Positions 10,458 through 26,230 of a stretch of 64,000 nucleotides of DNA are shown one piece after another. How positions within the stretch are numbered: the stretch's first letter is position 1; the number at the start of each line of letters is the position of its first letter. The translations under genes and the position numbers were made by a program. Under the pieces are notes generated by a model. That model was not told where the DNA came from and searched no databases. It worked only from the letters and a program-made list of their open reading frames with translations. Source of the stretch: the human T2T-CHM13v2.0 reference genome, Homo sapiens; the NCBI RefSeq assembly GCF_009914755.1, contig NC_060927.1, one strand, 5' to 3'.

Positions 10458-12744
10458 TTAGCAGGACCCTCAAAAGATCCTTTATTTTTCATTGCTCTGC
10501 CTCTAGGTAAAACTACATCTAAAGCATCTTCAAGATCTCAGTACTTACTTAAAGATTTGTGAAAGCAATTCCTCTCTGTTGTCCCAAACCACATATCTAT
10601 CAGTCAGTCCCTCCCAAGCGGGGAGGCTGCTAACGTCACTACTGGACTGGAGCATCATTGTTTTAGAGTGAGTTAGCTTCTCTCTCAGGTCAGACCTCAA
10701 GGGCAACTACTTATGGGACTTTCATTTGTCATCCCTCTTGCTCAATAACCCTGAAGTACTCATCCCCTAGTCTTTGACAGCCCAGTCCTGGGACAGCGTG
10801 TACTTTTCACATTTGTAAATATCAACATCAGACTGATAATTCCCTCATCACCACACCCCAGTCCACCCCCACATTTCTATCCTGGGAGAAAAATTAAATT
10901 CTTCCGATGGGTCAACAGACTGCCAAAGGTCAGAAAGAGGGCGGCTCTTTCCTTGCTTCCTCCCACTACAAGAAATGGAAGAGGACCAGGCACATCACAA
11001 GTTCAGTCTAAGTGTGACTCACCTCTGCCTAATTCGAGAAAGGAGCAAATTAGTTCCTCCCTCAATAATCTCCATCAATCACCATTAACCTCTGAGATTC
11101 CTAAATGCAAACAATCCATCTGCCGTGTCTAGTTCTATCCTTAAGGTCAGGAAAGGAGGAAACAAATTTAAAAAGGTAAGACCAACCAGTAAAGAAATAA
11201 AAAAGTATTTTCTCCAAATGCACCACTAAGATGCTTTATCCTCTGGAACTGATTTTTCCTCCTCTTATGTATCTCCTTGTAACTTAATAATTAAAGAGCA
11301 ATCAGGGCCTCCCCTGATTGCTTCCACCAGCATAAATATCCTTGGAAAATGTCAGTCGAGCACTGTTAACTTATTTTGTCCTGAGAACCTCTAATCAAAA
11401 GAGAAAGATCTTGACACAGTCTGTGGTGGGATGTTGAATGCAACATCACAGAACAAGGCCAGAGAGTGATTTGAAAGGAGCAGCTGCAGAATCCTACAGG
11501 AAATGCCGCTACATTCTGGTACCTGAGAGAAGGAAAGTGAAAGGCAGAACTCTTGGTGGAGCACACAAGCATGCCCAGCACTCTCTGGGAAGCTGGCCCT
11601 GGAGTAATAAGCCAAGGGTAAAATGAACTAAGGGGCTCTGAAAAGCTGGGATGCAGGAAGCAAGTCTTTTCATAAGGAACTGATGGAGGAAGGTGTTCCT
11701 TCCATAAACCTCTGGTTTCCAGATGCTTTAAGAGATGCTAAAATGTTTAACAAAAAAAAAAAAAAAAGGAAGGGGGAGGGATTGACATAGGACTCTTATT
11801 TAGTTCATCAAATAACACCATTAACACAAAATCTATTATTTACCTGTCATTAATATTTTCACACAAGAAGAACAAGGAAAAGAATCTCAGGAAAAAAAAA
11901 GTATCCATTTAAATGAAATAAACTGAATTTCATGAAAGATTCACTAAAATGCCTATTATAACTTCCAGTTCCACGTCACAAATGGGTGCTAAGGAACTCA
12001 TCAGGAGCAACTCTCAGGAAAATCCGAGGTGTAGCTGTTCCACTTTGCAGTACATCCACATGCCTCTAATCACAGGTGAAGAACAACTCAATATACACTA
12101 CAAACTTTGAAAAAGAAATGCAAAAAAGGGTGACAAAGAAGCTTCTTACAAAAATAAATTAAATATGGCCTGCTAATAACTAGTTATTCATCTATGAATA
12201 TGAAGTATGAAAATATTAGCTCATTATTTTCCAACTCTGAAAATAACTTGCAAATAGAGTTTATATATGGGAAAAGGCCAAGAGAAAAAGAATGAATTAT
12301 TAAAATATACCCATGCAACACTAAAAATAAGACTGATGATGCCCATCTGACTCAATGAACTCAACTGAAAATGTAACACAAAATACAAAGATTTATTTGG
12401 GCATAAAATTCCCGGTCATCAAATTACTTAACAGTAAGTAATACACTTGTAGTGCTTTAATTTAATTATGAATATTTTCTGTGAAATTTCTTGACAACTG
12501 TTACCATGTAAAGAAAAAAACTGTTATTTTAATATCGGTCTTATGTGAACTAGCCTATTACTAAAAGTCAGGCTTGCTACTGAAAAATCCAAATAGATTT
12601 CTGCCTAACCTAATACTACTTAATTACTGTAAAAAAGATACAATCTGACATTAACCTTACGGAGCAGTTTGTTTCCCCAGAGTCAGCAGCATATTTTTAA
12701 AAAGCATACTTCTGTAACAGTCTTTTAGGATATTTTGAAATAAT

Positions 12745-12900
12745 CACAGAATTGTACAGATGGAAGTCACCTCAGAGATCATTTATTAATTTCGATCTTA
12801 CTTATAAAGGTGAAACTGCAAACCTAAAGCTGTGACAGACCCAATGTCACAAACCAACTAGGGGCTAGAATTGAGTCTTTGAACTACAAGTTCCACTGAA
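12745..12900 (-). mobile_element. MIR SINE fragment
   Basis: AGAATTGTACAGATGGAAG...AAGGTGAAACTG...CCCAATGTCACA...CTAGAATTGAGTCTTTGAACT. Confidence 0.5.
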
Positions 12901-13049
12901 ACTATGCGTACCTTATCGTATTATCCCCAATACAAGTAGGCAAGACGTTCTTGTGAGCTAAACAATTAACAAGCCACAACTCATTATTAAATGACTAAAA
13001 AATGTTAATAACAGATACCACATAAATACATAAAACTACATTTAAAAAT

Positions 13050-13660
13050 ATATACATACATTCTACCAAAACAGAGTATATACATACCCAACAACCCAGC
13101 AATCTTACTCTACATATCCAGAAGAAATGCATGCATATATGCACCAAAAGACATGCACAGAACCTTCTTTTGAATAATGGCAACTTTTTTTTTTTTTTTT
13201 GAGATGGAGTCTCACTCTGTCGCCGGGCTGGAGTGCAGTGGCGCTAACTCAGCTCACTGCAATCTGTCTCCCGGGTTCAAGAGATTCCCCTGCCTCAGCC
13301 TCCCAAGTAGCTGGGACTACAGACACGCACCACCACGCCCGGCTAATTTTTTGTATTTTAGTAGAGACAGGGTTTCACCATGTTGGCCAGGATGGTCCAG
13401 ATCTGCTGACCTTGTGATCTGCCCAACTCGGCCTCCCAAAGTGCTGGGATTACAGGCGTGAGCCAATGGCAACATTATTCAAAACAAATGTCCATCAATA
13501 AGCAGATCAATTATGAACCAGTCACAAACTAGAAACCTAAACAGCAGTGAAAATTAACAAAGTACAACAATATGCAGCAATAAGGATGAATCTCACCATC
13601 ATAATGTTGATCGAAAGAAACCAAAAACACAAGTATACATCATATAATTTCCTTTATCTA
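13050..13660 (+). mobile_element. Old L1M 3' fragment interrupted by an Alu
   Basis: ACCCAGCAATCTTACTC...ATATGCACCAAAAGACATGCA...CAAATGTCCATCAATA...GATGAATCTCACCATCATAATGTTGA. Confidence 0.75.
13185..13464 (-). mobile_element. Alu (AluSc-like), slightly 5'-truncated
   Basis: Poly-T plus reverse Alu; AATGGCAAC duplicated at 13176 and 13465. Confidence 0.97.
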
Positions 13661-13992
13661 AGAAACAGATACTTAGTTAGATATGTGGAAATATTACATA
13701 TTAATGACTATAAATATGCATAAATATGTGGATAGATATATGTTGAGTATGTGTGTATAAAATGTATTTATTTCCCCCTTATTCTCTGGATAAAGAAGAA
13801 AGAGACTTCTGCACCCTTAACATTAACTCCTTGAAACACAAGCTCATGACCACAGGAGAGGAACCTCTACTTTCTGTCAAAACTTGTCGCCCAAAGCTCA
13901 ATGTGAAATAGCCGAAGTCCATGAACTGAGGCTAATATCAGAAAGTTGGCTTATGGTTTTTTGTTTTTCATCTTTTATGGTGAATACCATAA

Positions 13993-14287
<295 letters not shown>

Positions 14288-14321
14288 AACACCGTGATTT
14301 TTTAAAAATTTGTCTTCCTTC

Positions 14322-15895
14322 CACAATGACATTCTTCACAGAATTAGAAAAAAAACTATTTTAAAATTCATATGCAATCAAAAAAGAGCCCAAGTAGCCA
14401 GAGCAATCCTAAGCAAAAACAACAAAGCTAGAGACATCACAATACCTGACTTCAAACTATATTACAGGGCTATAGTAACCAAAACAGCATGGTACTGGTA
14501 CAAAAATAGATACAAAGGCCAATGGAACAGAATAGACAGCCCAGAAATAGTACCTCACACCTACAACCATCTGATCTTTGACAAAGTTGACAAAAACAAG
14601 CAATGGAGAAAGAACTTCCCATTCAATAAATGGGTGCTAGGCAAACTGGCTAGCATGCAGAAGATTGAAACTAGACCCTTTCCCTTACACCATACATAAA
14701 AATCAACTCATGAGGATTAAAGACTTAAATGTAAAACCCAAAACTACAAAAGTGTGGATGATAACCTAGGAAATACCATTCTGGACATAGGACTTAGCAA
14801 AGATTTCATGAAGAAGATGCCAAAAGCAATTGCAACAAAAATAAAAATTGACAAATGGGACTTAATTAAAGAGCTTCTGCACAGCAAAAGAAACTATCAA
14901 CAGAGTAAACAGACAACCTACAGAATGGGAGAAAATATTTGCAAACTACATATGTGGCAAAAGTCTAATATCCAGAATCCATAAGGAACTTAAATTTACA
15001 AGCAAAAAACAACCCCATTAAAAAGTGGGCAAAGAACATGAACAAACGCTTTTCCAAAGAAGACATACATGCAACCAACAAGCATAGGAAAAAATGTTCA
15101 TCACTAATCATTAGAGAAATGCAAATCAAAACCACAATGGGAACCATCTCACAGCACTCAGAATGGCTATTATTGAAAAGTCAAAAAATAACAGGTGCTG
15201 GGAAGGGAATCTTATACACTGCTGAGAAAAGGGAACACTTATACACTGCTGGTAGGAGTGTAAATTAGTTCAGCCATTGTGAAAGCAATCTTGATTACTC
15301 AAAGTACTTAAAACAGAATTACCATTCCACCCAGCAATTCCATTATTGTGTATATACCCAAAGGAATATAAATCATTCTACGATAAAGACACGTGAACGT
15401 ATATGTTTACTGCAGCATTATTCACAATAGCAAAGACATGGAATCAACCTAAATGCCATCAATGGTAGACTGGATAAAGACAGTGTGGTACATATACACC
15501 ATGGAATACTACACGTCATAAAAAAGAATGAGGTCATGTTCTTTGCAGCAACATGGATGGAGCTGGAGGCCATTATCTGAAGCAAACTAATGTAGGAGCA
15601 AAAAACCAAATACCATATATCCTCTTGTTTAGCTCTCACTTGATATTTAGTTCTCTCCAAGAACACATGGACACAAAGAGGGGAACAACAGACACCAGGG
15701 GCTACTTGAGGGTGAAGGGCAGGAGGAGAGAGAGGATCAAAAAACTACCCATGGGGAACTATGCTTATTACCTGGGTGATGAAATAATCTGTACACCAAA
15801 CCCCCATGACATGTAGTTTACCTGTATAACAAACCTACATATTTACTCCTGAACCTAAAATAAAGGTTAAAAGACAGAGAAAGAGAAAGAAAAAT
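14322..15895 (+). mobile_element. 5'-truncated old L1PA (approx. L1PA15/16-like): degenerate ORF2 C-terminus plus 3'UTR
   Basis: ORF fragments ...[22 protein letters not shown]..., ...[16 protein letters not shown]..., ...[11 protein letters not shown]... are L1 ORF2p; frameshifted; L1 3'UTR and A-rich tail. Confidence 0.95.
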
Positions 15896-18284
15896 CTAAC
15901 CACCAAGTTTACATAATAAATTCTGGACTTCAATAAATATTCAGTTGTCCAATAAAATGCTTTTGAATTTCTGATGGCATGTACAACAATGTAGGTAACA
16001 TTAGACTTGATTTAAGTTTGTAATTTAATTCAAATTTGTAATGTGATTCAGACATCAGGGCAATTTGCTTTTCATGGGTGTGAATTTCTCTTCCATGAGC
16101 ATCCCCTTATTCTGCCCATCAAAGTAGAAAGGAGAATAATGAGAAGTGGAAGCTCTATCCTTTTGATTAACCTGCTCAAGCTCAAGAGCAAGGCAGTTTC
16201 CCCTGGTTTTACCCATTACAACGGTAGAAGCACTGCAAGGGCCAGTCACTGAGCTGTGCTCAGGAGCCATATGAAGGACAGATGCAGAGCAACTTATCTT
16301 GGCCATTCCAAATTTTAAATTGACATACATTATCAGAAGTAGGAACACATTTAGTTTTTGTAAGAGACAAGCTAACGTACAAAATATTCTCAGCAAATGG
16401 CAAAACATATCTACTTTTCAACAATTCTTCTTTAAAATTATATTGAACGAAGAGATATAAAGTCCTAGTTAATTCCTTTTCTAAAATGGAGTTTTAAAAA
16501 ACAGGTATCTCACAAGACTGTTTCACTTCTGCCCATTTGAATGTATTACTTATTCAAATGTTGAAATAAATTAAAATTTTAAAATAAAATAAATATTATC
16601 AGTAGATTAATTAAAGGTTTCTGTTTTTTGTTTTCTCTTTGAAATAAGACAGAAACACATGAGGTCCAGCAATAACTTATTTCCTTCAAAGTTTCATTAA
16701 ATAATGATTAAATCTAGCCCTATCTAGAGATTAGAAATGTTGGCACGTTACGTTATAACCACTCAGAGAAATATAAGGCATTATCTTCCCTTACAAATCA
16801 TTAACAAAAACATCTGATCATACAGACCACAACAGAAATAGAAATGCTATCAGTGATCACACTGTTTGGTGGTAAGACAGGATGAATGGAGATTTAAGTC
16901 TGTTTTTCCTCCCCATCTTTAGTCAGAACCAGATGTTAAATATTGAGACTGGGGGTAGGGGAAGTAAACTTCCTCTTTTAAAACCCAAGAGCTACTCTTT
17001 TTTTTCCCCTTTGCTGCTTATTTTGAGTGACATGCATTTATGCAAACACAAGATTTTCTGCAAGATTTTCAATGAAAAGCTGCAGCCTAGATGTCAAAAT
17101 CTCCTAACTGCCTGCCTTATATGTGTGTGAGACAGAGGGGGTCAGGCATTATGCTGTTGTTCTGGATGGCAGGAGCATCACAGAGAAAGACAAAAGGTGA
17201 CTAATTAAGTTGGACTCCAGAACAGTAAAGGGTCTTGTTTCTTTTAAAAGAAATATCAATACTGATTAAAAGTTAAGATGAGATCTCAAGGATGACAATT
17301 AGTTGCTAATCCTTCAAGATCTAACAAAGTATCTAGATGGAAAAATGAAATGTTTAACAATGACCAGAATAATAAAAATAGAAATGGGAAAATAATGAAT
17401 AGCAGTGAGAGAAAGAAACACATGGTAAATAATGACAAAGAACAAAAAAAAAAAAAAAAAGAAATCCCTGCAGTTAAGAAAATGAAGAAAAAAGTAAAAA
17501 CATTAAGAGGGTATTATCAAAATAAAAAAGCAAATTAGCAAAACAAAGGGCAGGAAAAAACAAACAAGGATATTTTGGGTAGACGTTATGTAAGAGAACA
17601 TTAGAGCATGGAAAAGCTACTTTTCAGCTATCTTTACATTTTTATTAACTACATAAATAGGCACAATTAGTACCATTTGTTAAATAGATGAGGCAACAGT
17701 TGCATCATGAAGTGTGTTTCAGTGCCTTTCATATAAAGTTATTCTATGCACAACTGGAAAACACCCGCATAACAAGCATTAAAAAGGCATTTCACCATTT
17801 TGATTCGCAACATAACGTTTGTGCTGTTATCTCTGGATGATAAGATTACATACAAGTGATTTTTTTATTTATACTCATATATTTCCAAAATTTCTATAAT
17901 ATTCACCCTATAACCCAGAAAACAATAAAATGTTTTTTTAAACATTCTCCTAGAGAATGACCCATGTTATAAACACAGGCATTTACAATTCCTGCTATAG
18001 AAATAGTGACATGGAGTTAATCTAACCTAAGAAAATTTCAGTTGGGTTATTTATTTGCCTGATTTGCTTCTAGAAAATGTGGACAAGTTATAGGATACAT
18101 GAACGTTTCTAATTCTCAGCTCCTAAGGTCTCTTATGTCATAACTAAGGTAATGGCTGGATCTTAGTCATGTCCTTTCATATTTCCAGTATTAAAATAAA
18201 TAAAATAAACATTGTTTTTTAGACTAAGCAGCCAGGGACATAATTTTAAAAGTACATCTGAAATACCAAAGCCCACATTTTCTT

Positions 18285-18422
18285 AAAAATATGTGATGTC
18301 CTGGTAAAAACATTTGATAACAAGTCTGAAGATCTGAGTTCTAGTTGTGGTTCTGTGGATCTTGGACAAGTCACCTAATCTCTTTGGTTTGGGCCTCAAA
18401 TTCCTCATCTGAAAAACAGAAG
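18285..18422 (+). mobile_element. MIR SINE fragment
   Basis: AGTCTGAAGATCTGAGTTCTAGT...TCTTGGACAAGTCACCTAATCTCT...GGGCCTCAAATTCCTCATCTGAAAA. Confidence 0.75.
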
Positions 18423-18424
18423 CG

Positions 18425-18812
18425 GTGGTCAGTGGTTTTCAAACCTACCTGTATGTTACAATCACCTGGCTATTTTATTAAATCCGCATGTGCAGACCAG
18501 TATCCCAGAGAATCAATAAAATCTCTGGGGAAGGGACATGGCTATTAGAGAGTTCAGTTCCCCCAGATGATTCCAATGTGAGCCAAGGCTGAAAACCACT
18601 GAGTAGGAGGATGCTTTCTAGTTCCTTCTAACATACAACGAATCCCAAGGTGAGCTGCATATCGGAATCATCTGAGGAACTTGTAGAGCCTACCATTACC
18701 AGGGCCCATCCTGGCTCAATTCAATCACAGCCTTAGCAGTACCAAAGCACTGGTATTGCTTTAAGAGCTCGCCAGATGATTTCTGATGCATCACCATGAC
18801 TGAGACTCACTG
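18425..18812. mobile_element. Two adjacent MER5-family (hAT-Charlie) copies
   Basis: CAGTGGTTTTCAAAC...AATCACCTGG...CCCCAGATGATTCCAATGTG...GAAAACCACTG, then GAATCATCTGAGGAACTTG...GCCAGATGATTTCTGATGCA...CACTG. Confidence 0.65.
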
Positions 18813-21800
18813 TCAAGACACGTGTTTGACAGAACAACTAGCCTTAGACTTATTGAAATAGCAAGGTTTTGTCTGGTTACAAGCAGGTTGTTGACAATAA
18901 CCTAGAATTACATAAAAATTTCTAGGAAAACAAAATATACACAAACCCCCCCACCCACTTCCTGTGAGCTAAGCAATATTCCAAGGACACCTACTGATAA
19001 TTAAGGAATAATGTCTCTAATATGATCTGACTTACTGGGAAAATACAATTATAGTAAATTACCACAGGAAGAAAGAAGGAACAAAGTGAAAAGACATACA
19101 TATAATCTGGGTTTTACCAAACTGCTACACAAATCGAATTTAGATAATAAACATGAAAACAAATTATGACAGTACAATGCACACTTTGTCAAAAAGAACT
19201 GATCCATTTGGCTTATATGTCATGTGAAAGTAAGAGGGAGAAAGTGAGAGAAGGCTATCTCAGCATGCTTTAAAAAAAAAAATCTCGGGAAGAGACTTAA
19301 AACATGTTTCTTAAATATTTCACTAATGAATTCTCACAACTGTTTTTTTCTTAATCGCTTGTGAGTTGAGCAGGCTGAAAACCAAATTTTTTAGAGAGGA
19401 TTTACCCTTACTGTGGGCTGAAATATTGGCTAATTAATAAAAATAACCTTTAACGCACTCAGGAAAATAGCATAAAAAGCAGCAGCAGCCATTATTAACA
19501 GATAAATGGTCTATAACTTTAATAGCTTATAAAACCTAGGTAGAGGAAACTAAAATGATACTTAATCACTGTGTAAAATACCCTACTTATAAAAGTGGTA
19601 AAAGACAGTATTTTTAATGAGAAAAGCATATTTTTAATATTTTAATGTATTACAGATTATTTAAAATGTGTTTAGCTACTTTAAGTATAAGGAACTCAAA
19701 AGTTAAAATGAGTAATCCTCTAACAAATGGCTAGTCAAATTAGTCATTTAGACTTTTAAGTAAGCATTAACCATTAAGACAGGTCTGAACAATTTTTTCA
19801 TTTTACGAAGAACTTTGATGTGCTTACCCACATCACTGCATTCATTTACATGAAATGGTCTTCTTCACTTTCTTCTTCACTGTGGTACAGCAAACAGCTA
19901 GGGGACTTCCTAAAACAGGCTGGGCCTTGCCCACCGCCCATTTTGAAGATTCCTTTGCAATCTGTTGTTGTTGCTTTGGCATGGGCAAGTTACAATTCTA
20001 AGCTAGCCTACTGCTAACAACAACAACAATGACAAAAAGTGTGTTAAAACTCCTTGGGATAAGAATCAAGGATATTGAATTCATTCAAAAACATACTTTA
20101 GAAATGGTGACAAGCTCCAGCCTGTCAACACGACACTTTGAGCTGTAACCTTGGAAAAATCCTGAAAGATCCACAGGATGGTGGGGAAAGATGAGGAAGT
20201 TGCCTGGATTCTAAAAGGGACTGAGAACAGCCTTGTTCAAATGCGTGAATGAAAGTATATATACATTTAAACCAGAAATGATAAAAACATCAATTAGCCA
20301 ACAATAACTCACTGAATCACTGTAATAACCTTCAAGAAAAATCTCACAAGCAAGCCACTAACATGAAATAAATCTGAAATACCCCAGGGAGAAACTCATA
20401 CATCCAAAGATACCTGCAGCATCCTGGATGTCAGATTCTTTTCTTCGTTACTCGGCCCCTGCCCCTAGCCTCTTTTCTTACTGTAGCTTTCATGCATAAG
20501 ATTTGCAGTTACCTAAACAGGCAGACACCAGTGTCCTCTCCAGCTGGAACAGTTCCCAGTTTGCTTCTTAGTCTCACTAATTCCTCCTTGGCCTTATGCA
20601 AAATCGCTCACATGCTTATGTACATCTCTCCGGTAAAGAGAATCCCTAGGTCACCATTAGACTCTTAAAGGTATCTGTGAGCCAAAAGAGCTTAGGAACC
20701 AGTATTCTCCAGAGTTGCCAACTAAAAACATAAGAGAAAGTTGCATGGGTGCCAAAGATCAGACTGGAAGTCCCATACACTAATGTTCACACCAATGAAG
20801 GTCCCACGGGATTTGTAACGGACCCACAGCTAACACCAATACATGACAAAAATATTCAAATCCTAAAAGCATCTACCTATAAAAATCATTTACTTGCCCC
20901 TATGTTTTGGGAGAGAAGCTTAGAAGAGGAAGATGTACAGCTGGCTCCATCTAGACACACCTTCAATCTGTACTTCAGGATACAACAACTATTGAAGCAG
21001 CTCACACATTTTATAGTCATCAGTGGATTCAACTACTTAATTTGAACTCCATAAAACATTTAGAAGACACTTAATTTTCATTTAATGGAAAAAATTGTAA
21101 TGAAGTTAGCAAAGGGATTAACATATGAATTAAATAGTATTTTCTTAGAATTTATACACATATATGTATATATTTTGATACAGTGTTCCATTACACCAGT
21201 GTAATTTAACTGCTTTATTCTAAAAATAAAACCCCTTTGCTTAGATACTGAAGCAGGTACTATTTAAACCCGTAGTGTTGATGAAAATTAAATTAGAGAA
21301 ATCGGAGAAGTCTTTACACAGCCAATATTAACAAGTGCTCATTATAAATAGCACTCATGCATAGTCATTTTATGTACAAATTTTGGTTACTGAAAGATAT
21401 TCACTGAGCAAGCAATTTCAGGTAATTTGCTGGTTGTGATTATTGTAATACGTAATTTTTAGTTGTGATAATTACCCAAGAGATTCAGAATACACAATTT
21501 GTAGAATAATTATGGAACTTCTACTTATTTCTTTAGGCTTAGTATTTTAGAAGAGAGGCTGTGAATTTATGAGGCCTGCAATTTATTTTTCAAGCCCCTG
21601 TTGATTTATCTTTGTATGGCGGCTTGCATGTCTCAGATTCTCCTCCGTAAGTGCTATTTCCTATTAAATACGGCTCCTTTCAAAGTGTCAAGGGTAGCAT
21701 AAAGACGTTCAGAGTTCATTTTCATGGAGTGGACCACCTACCTCCTCATGATTCAAAAGTCAGTAAAAAGAAGCCTAACTCAAAGCAATGTTTATAACTT

Positions 21801-22404
21801 CCACCATTCTCAAGTCGAAAGTCAGGTAAGGCACAGGGAGTTGTGGCTCACTTGAGCCCCACTCTGTATCCTCGAAATCTATGAAGTAATAGTTTTAATT
21901 ATTTGTTCCAAAATTCTAACTGGGGGTGGGAGTAAGGAGACAGTCCATTCTTAGTAGAAAATCAAAATAATTTGGAAGTTGATTAATATAACAAAGTTAA
22001 TAAAGCCGGGTACACATTCTTAAAGATAATAGAATGAACTTAAATTTGTTATACTACTTGAAGGGGTCACTTATCTTTTCACTATAATTTTTAAGTTACA
22101 TTTTCCCCTCAAAAATACATTGCTGACTTAATAATACTGTCAACTGGAAACAGTTCATGAAAATAACAAGACACTCAATTACAGGAGTGATTTTTAGGGT
22201 AATGTCGAGAGTAAGTTTCTTCTGTTCACTCAGGAGTCTGTGTGCTTTTCTCTTAGGCTACAACTTTATGAAGTTAGTTCTCACATGGCACTCTGACTGC
22301 ACACTTAAACTGCCTAGCTTCAACATTTTTAATATACACATAAAAATCATAGAGGACTTTAAAAAGTTGACTTCTTAAATCTCAAATGCCCAAATGGTGG
22401 TCAC

Positions 22405-22990
<586 letters not shown>

Positions 22991-23249
22991 TCCTTAAAGT
23001 TCACCAGCTCCCAACATCTGTTATATCCATTCTTTGTTTCTATTTCTCTTTAGTTTTTACCTCCTCTTTATTTTCAAGGATCTTTAAGGATCCTTGAATT
23101 CATTTATATATTCCCCTATAGTAGAACAACCTTCCTTTATCCTTACTCCACAGTGGGAGAGTATCCCATCTCTAATACCCTCCATACCAACCATCTAAAA
23201 AAAGTAAGCAACATTATATTTATCAGTTCCTCTTCTTCACTGCATGGTA

Positions 23250-24300
<1,051 letters not shown>

Positions 24301-24324
24301 ATGGGGAACTCTACAGAAGAAAAG

Positions 24325-24513
24325 TTTGCTAAAGAAAGAACAAGATGAATGAAATTGATTCTGGGTTTAAAAACTCAGAAATTCAGTGGGATTTTTAATT
24401 CTCACTTTAAAATGACATTTTGCTCAAGAAAGAACAATGTGAATGAAATTGATTCTGGGTTTAAAAACTCAGAAATTCAGAGAGATTTTTAATTCTCACT
24501 TTAAGACGTCATT
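24325..24513. repeat. Two-copy tandem duplication, 94-bp period
   Basis: TTTGCT.AAGAAAGAACAA..TGAATGAAATTGATTCTGGGTTTAAAAACTCAGAAATTCAG...TTTTTAATTCTCACTTTAA at 24325 and 24419. Confidence 0.95.
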
Positions 24514-25544
24514 ACATATAGTATGTGTTGAATTAATGCATAAATGAATACACTTCTGTACATACTCATGTAAATACCTTGTAACAAACTTAACCGTATT
24601 TACCACTGAAATGAAACCTCTGGACGAGGAATACAATCCTCAATGGGAAGCTGTCTATATTCTCAAATATTCATAAAACTCCACTTCAAAACAAAAATAG
24701 AAGTGGTAACTATGTATATGGGTTTGTGACCTAATACTAAAACCTCAAAAAAAAAAAAAAAAAAACAGAAATTGTGTGAGATCCCTATCTGTTACAGCAA
24801 GTGGATATTCTTTTTAAAGGTCACAAAGATATGATGAGTCATAACCCCCCAGTAAGCTTTGCCAAATAGCTGGCTGAAAACCAACTCAAAGAACACAGAC
24901 ATGCCATGGGAAGTAGGCATGTCATACTAAGTTACTTTTAATTTTTTTTCATTGAAATACTACCCTGCAACAGGTTACTTTTAATTTTCAGTGGCAAATT
25001 GATGGATAGAAATGCACAAAAAGGAGATATGGCAAAAATATCCGAAAACTGTTAAAATACTGGTCAATAATATGGAATACTTAGAAAACTAAATCTTAAT
25101 TTACCAGAATTAAAGAAATTTAATTGAGGCTGATTTGTGTAAAACATTCATTGTTGCTTCCAAAACTTAAAAAAATTTTTTAAGCAATTCATTTTTGTTA
25201 CAAAACTAAAAATGGAACCATATGAATTGCTAGACTACTGTTATTGAGCTGCACAGGGACACGAACAAGCTCTTTTAGGCCCACTCACCGCTATCTAACT
25301 ATAGCAATAAGTTAATTTTGAGTAACACCAAACTAAACATTTAAGTCAATTAGTACGTTGAACAGTACATCATACATACATCCAATAGAATACCATTATA
25401 TGAAAGGAAACTTTAACTTTTCAAGTAAATTTCTGCTAATACATTCAAATGTCACCTAAATAAATTTTACCAGATTAAATTTTTGAGAAAGACTAGTCAC
25501 TTATTTTCTTAAAGATTCTACTTTTCCTCAAAAAACTGTGATAT

Positions 25545-25656
25545 GGCCGGACACAGTGACTCACACCTGTAATCCCAGCATTTCTGGAGGCCAAGATGGG
25601 AGGATCACCTGAGCCCAGGCGTTCGTGAACAGGTTGGGCAACATGTCCAGACCTCG
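25545..25656 (+). mobile_element. FLAM / Alu left-monomer fragment
   Basis: GGCCGGACACAGTGACTCACACCTGTAATCCCAGC...GGGAGGATCACCTGAGCCCAGG, then unrelated sequence. Confidence 0.9.
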
Positions 25657-26059
25657 TAGGTAGAGATATTCTGCATTACCAGTGATATTATTGCACTAAC
25701 TAGCAATATAATCTTGAAAAGAATCCTGAGAATCTGGTATGTGTCCAGTGAGCCCTTTTAACAGTTCAATACATAGTCTTATTTGTGAAGTAAAATCCTA
25801 TGTTCAGAGAAACACATATAATTTAATGGAAAAACATAATTTCATCATAGTTGGATATAATCATACATTTTTATATACATTTTATAATTATATATGTAAT
25901 TATATATGGCACAAAACATAATGAGAATTTATTTTTAAAAGTCCTTATTTGCTTTAAAGAAAAAAAAGCAAAACAAAACTGAGATCCTTCTCAAGACTAT
26001 ACTGTGAGTTTGTGCAAAGGTTATTCGGAATAACTTCTTTTGAAGTAGAATCGTATATA

Positions 26060-26230
26060 TCAGCATAGAGCTGGAAAGGACCTTAGACATACTGTGGTGT
26101 AACTCCATGAATTATTAGATAAGTAAAGGAACTCAGAGGACTTGCATGATACAACTAGTTGGAAATAGAATCAAGACTAGAATTGGGATCCCTTGATGCG
26201 TCAGTGAGTGCTCAGTCATTACACTATCAT
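26060..26230 (-). mobile_element. MIR SINE fragment
   Basis: AGAGCTGGAAAGGACCTTAGA...TTAGATAAGTAAAG...CAGAGGACTTGC...AAGACTAGAA. Confidence 0.6.

Noticed and set aside
14310-15816. L1 ORF2-like ORFs as a functional CDS (also 33742-34146)
   Set aside because: 5'-truncated, frameshifted retrotransposon remnants.
17350-17538. Lys/Asn-rich ORF
   Set aside because: Artefact of A-rich low-complexity sequence.
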